DNA of 64,000 nt from Candidatus Aminicenantes bacterium (GTDB lineage: Bacteria; Acidobacteriota; Aminicenantia; Aminicenantales; JAFGBC01): contig OY969696.1 of the NCBI GenBank assembly GCA_963702005.1, forward strand, positions 2,464,001 to 2,528,000, written 5' to 3'. The first letter of the stretch is position 1. Each line of letters starts with the position of its first letter. The notes under the pieces were generated by a model. The model was not told the DNA's origin, made no database searches, and saw only the letters and a program-made list of their open reading frames with translations. A program made the translations under genes and the position numbers. Shown here one piece after another: positions 58,726-64,000 of this stretch.

Positions 58726-61700
58726 AGCGGCCTGTGATAGAATCACCGGCTCCGCGTTAGGCGCCGCCTGATAGATCACATAGCTTCCCCGTTCGTCCCT
58801 GACGGCCGGGAGGAGCTCGGAACGGCGTCCTTGCCTGACCTCCACCGTCGACCAATCTTCGGGCAGGTAGGTCTTTAAGGTGAGCGGAAGATCATATCTC
58901 GGATTGTTCAGGTCATGGCCCAGCACGATTTCGATTGCTTCTCCTCGTCGAGAGGAAGCCACTCGTCCGTGCATGCGCTCCCGCATGTACTTCGCGGCGT
59001 CCTGAAAGGTCGCCGTCCAGACTTGATTTGCTTTGGACTTGATATAGCCGAAATAATCCTTGAGCTCGGCGCCCGTCTTCGGTTCCCAGCCGATGCCGTC
59101 GACTCCGTGGAAAACCAAGACCAGCCACATATTGTCGTGCGCGGCGACCGTGTCGACCCACTCTTTCATCAGCGGCATCGGGGTCTTCGTCAAGACCCCC
59201 CGCTGCCACTGCACGTACTCTTTGGCGGAATCGGCGGGATTCTTGTCGCTGTCCCGGTCGAGTTCCTCCAGGAACGGCTCGGGCATGCGATTGCGCGAGG
59301 CCGGGTATCGCGCCAGGGCGAAGCCCACGACGCGTTCGTCCTCGGTGCCGTAGGGGCACTCGACCGTGAAGGTGTGCTTGGCGCCGAGGTGGTCAAGGAT
59401 TTCCTCGCGGCTTTTCTCAAGCTCGTAGACGAGGTTGGCGTCGTCCAGGACGGCCAGCCGGGGATGAGTGACCGTATGACTGGAAATCTCATGGCCTTGG
59501 GCGGCTAATGCGGCCAGCTCATCCCATGTCGGCATCTCACGCCCTTCCCGGGAGCCGGGCTGCGATGCTTCCGGTTTGAAGTCGCCGTGGCGGACCTTTG
59601 CGTAGGCTTCGTCGATGAGCCGGTAAGCCTCTTCCGGGCGGCCGTCCTCGTAGAGTTCGCCGGCGCGCGTATGGTATTCGAGAGTTCCGCTCAAGCCGAG
59701 GCGGCCGATCGCCGAAGCGCGCTCAAAAAAATTTTCCTTGTCGGTCGGAACCGCGGCCGTCTCCAAGACGACGGCCCGGGTCGGGCGTCCGATAAAGGCC
59801 CCCTGGTAGCGTGAGCCGGCCACTTCGCTCGTGATGATGTGGAAGGTAGCGGGCAGGCCCAGACCTCTCATGATGGGCACGGCGACGCGGAATTGATTGA
59901 TGCTGCCGTCATCGAAAGTCAGCGAGACCGCCGCGTTACTGCCATTTTGCCATTTGGCGATCTCCGTCCGTCCGGGTTTTTCCCGGCCGGGGGAGCCGGA
60001 TTTCCCGTTGAGCAATTCATCCGCGGCCAGGACCGTGAAGATGTAGCTTGCCGCGCCGCCGATGACGTTCTCGGCCTGCTGCCAGAGGAAGGGGAAATCA
60101 TCCTTGAGTTCCGGAAAATCCGGCCTGATCAGGGCTGTCCCCGAGACGTTCATCCCCGGGATATAAGACCAGTCCGCCCGGTTGAAGCCGTAGCCGATCG
60201 TCAGCGACCTTGCTCCGACGCCCGACACAAAAGAGACGTTGGAGCCGGGGTGGCAGCCAAGGACATAATTGAGGACCCGGAAAATCGTCTCGGGCCGGAA
60301 GAGTACGGGGAAGGCCTTGATGAGGAAATACTGGCCGATCGCGAAATCCTGAATGTCCCAGCCGATGCCCCAGATCTCCGGCCGCCAGAGAACGCCGAAG
60401 GGGTTGGAGGCGAGTTCGCGCTCGGTTTCCTCGGCGTAGCGAGCCGCGGCCCGGCCGACCGCGTCATGAAACGGCTGGTCTTTTATCAGCGGGAGAACCC
60501 GGCTGACGGTCCAACCGACCTCGTCGAAATTTTTTTCGATAACGGGCAGAAGCGCGGCGAGCCTGTCCCCGAACCTAGCCTGCTTCGTCGCTATCAGGAG
60601 CTCGACGGCGGCCAGGACCTCCTGGACTTCCGGCCGTCCGGGCACATAAGCGGCGTGGCCGACGACGGGCGTCCGGCTCTGTTCCCTGCCCCAGACCATA
60701 AGGGCCGTCTCCAGGCACTCGCGAGCCAGCTTTTCGTTCGTGCCCTTAAGCACGCGGCCGGCTGCGGCAAGGGCCGAGGCTACTTTGTACTCAAGGGAGG
60801 TGTCGGGATCGGTGAACGCCCAGCGATCATCCCTCAAATCCGAGCGTCCTTCCGCGGTTTCGTCGGGCTTGAGCGCCGGGTCGAAGATGCGGTTGTCGGT
60901 CATCGACGCCGTGTCGCCGAGCAGGGAGTACTGGACGATCGACCCTTCGATGATCCCGCAGAAGCTGTGGCCGGCGGCCCGGTAGCCGGAGAGGAGGCTC
61001 TCGGCGCCGTGTTCCACCTGCTGAACGACGTCCGGAATCCCATCCGGATCGTGGAGTACGACAAGCCTTCCGGCTTGATTGACCGTCGTCTGGTCGGTTG
61101 CCAGGCCGAACGTTTCCCTGATGAGTGCCAGAACCAAGGTCACGTCGGCTTGGGAGCCGGCGGCCAGGTCGTAGTCCCCGGCGTCGTGCCATCCTCCCCG
61201 GTCGAGATGGGGGATGTGCTCGAAAGCGGCGAATCGATCTTTGAGGACCGGGCCCTGTTGGTAGCTGTCGAAATGGACGGTCGAGGGCGGAGCCTGGACG
61301 GCGTCGTCGAGGTGGCAGGCCCCGTGCCAGATCCGGAGAACGTCCCGGACCTCAACGTGACACATCTGGACGGGAAGGTACGTCTCGAGGGTCGGCTGCC
61401 AGACGACACCGCGATACACATCGCGGCCGATTGCGAACGGCGGCGTTTCGACCGACCCGTACTTGACGATGTACATCCCGGGCTCGCGGACTTGGCTGAA
61501 ATCGAAGAAAGCGTAGTCATAGCGGAGGAACTTTCCAGTCCAAGGGATCGCCAAGGCGGTCAAGACTTCGCGCAATCCTCCGTCCCAATTGACCTGAAAG
61601 AGCGAGGCTTTGCCAGGGAGGCCCGAACGGCGGTCGAGCTCGATCACGGCCCGCTTGACCTGGTCGGGATGATAGCCGACCTGGGAGACGGCGATGACCG

Positions 61701-62490
61701 GCTCCCGCATCCATGCTGGGACCCGGTGCGGGGCGATGATCCATTCCGCCGCTCCCTTAGCCCGGCCGGGCTTCAAGGCCGAGCGGACGACGAACCAACC
61801 GTTGTCGGACGTATCGCGGCCGTCGTAGAGCTCCAGATCGCCGGTCAGGGATTCGATGGTCATCATCCTCAGCGGATCTTCCGGAGCGATGATAAGCTTG
61901 GGTCCTGCGGCTATGGCGACGGGCTGTAGCAAACCGAATTCTCCGGAGATCATCGGACCGTTTCCCTGCCGCGGGAAAACGGCGGATTTCGTCCCCAGAT
62001 GATAGGTTTTGCCGAAGTAGGCCGAGGGAAAAAGCTCTATATTGAAACTGGCCTTCCCGATGAGCCCGGCCGGCAGGGGCTGGTCAAGGTCCACCGAGAC
62101 GCGGACGGCCTCGCCTTCGGGCTTGACCCGGACTGTATAGCGCAATTCAGGCTTGGCGAAGGAGGCCGGGACCTTGATCTCGAGGCTGGACCGGTCGACT
62201 TGACGCCGGCCGATCATCGGAAGGTCGGCCCATTGTCCCGGCGTGACCTCGAGACGGACGTCGCCGTCGGCCGCGACCCTTTCCCCGTGCTGGATGATTT
62301 CGAGGCCGCCCTGTTTGCCCTCCGGATAATAGTCGTGGAAGACGAGGACCGAGATCGCCGGCGAATCGAAATATTCCTCGGGCGTGACGGTCCAGATCGA
62401 ATCGGGCGGCTGGACGGCATTCCCGTTCAACAAGCCCAGGCCGGCCAGAATCGCGATCGCGACAAGAATGAGAGCCCCGCGTTTCATCAT
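58699..62490 (-). CDS. Exported GH9 hydrolase (N-terminal and Ig-like domains) fused to a CE4 polysaccharide deacetylase
   Basis: SQVGYHP...K.A, GGWHDAGDY, W.Q.E.VI; then SLTFDDG, HEISSHTVTHP, PYG, LVFHG. Confidence 0.85.
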   Translation of the reverse strand: MMKRGALILVAIAILAGLGLLNGNAVQPPDSIWTVTPEEYFDSPAISVLVFHDYYPEGKQGGLEIIQHGERVAADGDVRLEVTPGQWADLPMIGRRQVDRSSLEIKVPASFAKPELRYTVRVKPEGEAVRVSVDLDQPLPAGLIGKASFNIELFPSAYFGKTYHLGTKSAVFPRQGNGPMISGEFGLLQPVAIAAGPKLIIAPEDPLRMMTIESLTGDLELYDGRDTSDNGWFVVRSALKPGRAKGAAEWIIAPHRVPAWMREPVIAVSQVGYHPDQVKRAVIELDRRSGLPGKASLFQVNWDGGLREVLTALAIPWTGKFLRYDYAFFDFSQVREPGMYIVKYGSVETPPFAIGRDVYRGVVWQPTLETYLPVQMCHVEVRDVLRIWHGACHLDDAVQAPPSTVHFDSYQQGPVLKDRFAAFEHIPHLDRGGWHDAGDYDLAAGSQADVTLVLALIRETFGLATDQTTVNQAGRLVVLHDPDGIPDVVQQVEHGAESLLSGYRAAGHSFCGIIEGSIVQYSLLGDTASMTDNRIFDPALKPDETAEGRSDLRDDRWAFTDPDTSLEYKVASALAAAGRVLKGTNEKLARECLETALMVWGREQSRTPVVGHAAYVPGRPEVQEVLAAVELLIATKQARFGDRLAALLPVIEKNFDEVGWTVSRVLPLIKDQPFHDAVGRAAARYAEETERELASNPFGVLWRPEIWGIGWDIQDFAIGQYFLIKAFPVLFRPETIFRVLNYVLGCHPGSNVSFVSGVGARSLTIGYGFNRADWSYIPGMNVSGTALIRPDFPELKDDFPFLWQQAENVIGGAASYIFTVLAADELLNGKSGSPGREKPGRTEIAKWQNGSNAAVSLTFDDGSINQFRVAVPIMRGLGLPATFHIITSEVAGSRYQGAFIGRPTRAVVLETAAVPTDKENFFERASAIGRLGLSGTLEYHTRAGELYEDGRPEEAYRLIDEAYAKVRHGDFKPEASQPGSREGREMPTWDELAALAAQGHEISSHTVTHPRLAVLDDANLVYELEKSREEILDHLGAKHTFTVECPYGTEDERVVGFALARYPASRNRMPEPFLEELDRDSDKNPADSAKEYVQWQRGVLTKTPMPLMKEWVDTVAAHDNMWLVLVFHGVDGIGWEPKTGAELKDYFGYIKSKANQVWTATFQDAAKYMRERMHGRVASSRRGEAIEIVLGHDLNNPRYDLPLTLKTYLPEDWSTVEVRQGRRSELLPAVRDERGSYVIYQAAPNAEPVILSQAALFIGNKGL

Positions 62491-62541
62491 CTCGTTTCCT
62501 TCCGTCCAAAGGATATCGAGATGATGATAGCAGAAAACGCT

Positions 62542-64000
62542 TTAAAACACCTTGATCGCGCAGCCGGTCTCGAAGGTCCGTCCCCGCCAAGGGAATCCGG
62601 GCTCGGTGTAATAATATTTATCCATGAGGTTCGTGACCTTGACGAAAATCTCGACGATGGAAAAAGCGTAGGAAGCGACGGCGTCGAAGGTCAAATAGGA
62701 CGGGATATTTAGGAGCTTCCGCGTCCCGGTGTTGTACCAATAGGATTTCGAGGCGTAGAGGCCGAAGACGGACACGTTCAAGGACTTGAGGGGCCGGACC
62801 CGGGCCTCGAAGTTCAGGTTGTGGTCGGACAGGACATCGAGGGGGCGATCATCGGATTCGTTCCTGTGGTCGAGGTAGGTGTAGTTCAAGGACAGCTGGA
62901 CGGCCGGCCAGGCTTTCTGGACTTGGATCTCGGCGCCGTTGATGTGGGCCTTGCCGATGTTCCGGTACTGCCTCGTGCCGTCGGGGAGGAGGGCCGTATC
63001 GATCATGTCCCTGAGCGTGTTCACGAATAAGGCCCCGCTCAGATAAATGGCCTTGTTGTAAGTCGCCCCAAGCTCCCAGGACCGCGCCCTCTCGCTGAGA
63101 AGGCCGGGGTTTCCCGAGGACGGCGAATAGAGGGCCCTCATGCTCGGGAACTTGGACTTGCCCGAGAAGGAGAGATGCGCCTCGAAATCGTCGCCGGGGG
63201 CGTACTTGATGCCGACCAGGGGGTTGAGCTTCGAGGAGGCCGAGCCCTTGAACTTGGAAAGCCGGTCCCAGCTGGCGCCGGCGATGATCTTCCAGTCTTT
63301 GATGAGGGTGACGTGGTCCTCGGCGGCCAGCGAGAGCGTCCCCTGGTCGAACTTGGTCCAGGAAAGTCCGATGTCGTCCTGGGTTCGGGCCTCGTCCTTT
63401 TGGTAGTAGAGGCTGAGCTTAAGGCTGTTCCAGTCGTTGATGAAAAGATCGCCCAGGCCGAATACCCCGTAGACGGAGTTGTTGAAAGTGCTTTCGGATT
63501 GGCGTACTAAAAATGCGGAATCCTTGTACCAGTCGAGGCTGTTCTGATAGTTGACGTAGAAGGCCCGGAAGCGCAGGGTCGAGTTATCGCCCAAGGCCGT
63601 ATAGCCTCCGGCGTTCAGGGACGTGCGGTCCCAATCCTTGAAGCGCCAATAGCGGGGTTTGCCGAAGAGGTCGGGAGGCATGCCGTAGGCCGATGTGTAG
63701 TAGCCGGCGTTGACCATGAACTCGGTCCGGGAGGAGGGAATGTAGTAGAGCTTGGCGTTGAGGTTCAGGCGTTCGTAGTCGCTGTTGGAGCGGTCCGTCC
63801 GTCCCAGTTTGGGATCTTTATAAACGAATCCGTCGGACCCCTGGTAGAGGGCCGTTCCTACGAAGCCGAGACTCTTCCACTGGGCGGAGGAGTCCAGTCC
63901 CAGGCTGCGCGTCGTCCGGTCGCCCAGGGAAGCGCTCAGGCTCAAGGAGGGCTCCTGAGCGGGACGGCGGGTTATAACGTTGACGATCCCGCCCATGGTG
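62542..64000 (-). CDS. TonB-dependent receptor (5' part outside the window)
   Basis: GGIVNVIT plug end, NP.L..E....WE.G, NL.DK.Y, GRTF..G....F. Confidence 0.9.
   Translation of the reverse strand, partial: TMGGIVNVITRRPAQEPSLSLSASLGDRTTRSLGLDSSAQWKSLGFVGTALYQGSDGFVYKDPKLGRTDRSNSDYERLNLNAKLYYIPSSRTEFMVNAGYYTSAYGMPPDLFGKPRYWRFKDWDRTSLNAGGYTALGDNSTLRFRAFYVNYQNSLDWYKDSAFLVRQSESTFNNSVYGVFGLGDLFINDWNSLKLSLYYQKDEARTQDDIGLSWTKFDQGTLSLAAEDHVTLIKDWKIIAGASWDRLSKFKGSASSKLNPLVGIKYAPGDDFEAHLSFSGKSKFPSMRALYSPSSGNPGLLSERARSWELGATYNKAIYLSGALFVNTLRDMIDTALLPDGTRQYRNIGKAHINGAEIQVQKAWPAVQLSLNYTYLDHRNESDDRPLDVLSDHNLNFEARVRPLKSLNVSVFGLYASKSYWYNTGTRKLLNIPSYLTFDAVASYAFSIVEIFVKVTNLMDKYYYTEPGFPWRGRTFETGCAIKVF

Overview
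GC-rich bacterial chromosomal window with about 50 housekeeping and accessory CDS. Gene content (TonB receptor, OM beta-barrel, many secreted peptidases, GH5/GH9) fits a diderm anaerobic polymer degrader such as Candidatus Aminicenantes; this taxonomy is inference only. It carries lysA, thiD, acyP, surE, metK, rarA, a pstSCAB1B2 operon, a P2A-type ATPase, S9/S46/S41/M14 peptidases, a sugar porter-GH5-GH9/CE4 cluster and two tRNA-Pro genes. I found no CRISPR, prophage or transposase. The most notable signals are: (1) two tandem PstB ATPases with complementary degenerate motifs, predicting an asymmetric one-active-site importer; (2) a SAM-II-like riboswitch wired to an antiterminator and two terminator-like hairpins ahead of metK; (3) a three-copy modular hairpin repeat, two copies beside gene remnants; (4) an RHH regulator with a TTACAA array over its promoter, heading an operon with a giant orphan histidine kinase; (5) GH9-CE4 and lipoprotein-HD fusions; (6) an uncalled 57-aa CxxC protein, several gene remnants and candidate leaderless genes. 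All calls come from reading motifs by eye; no searches were run.
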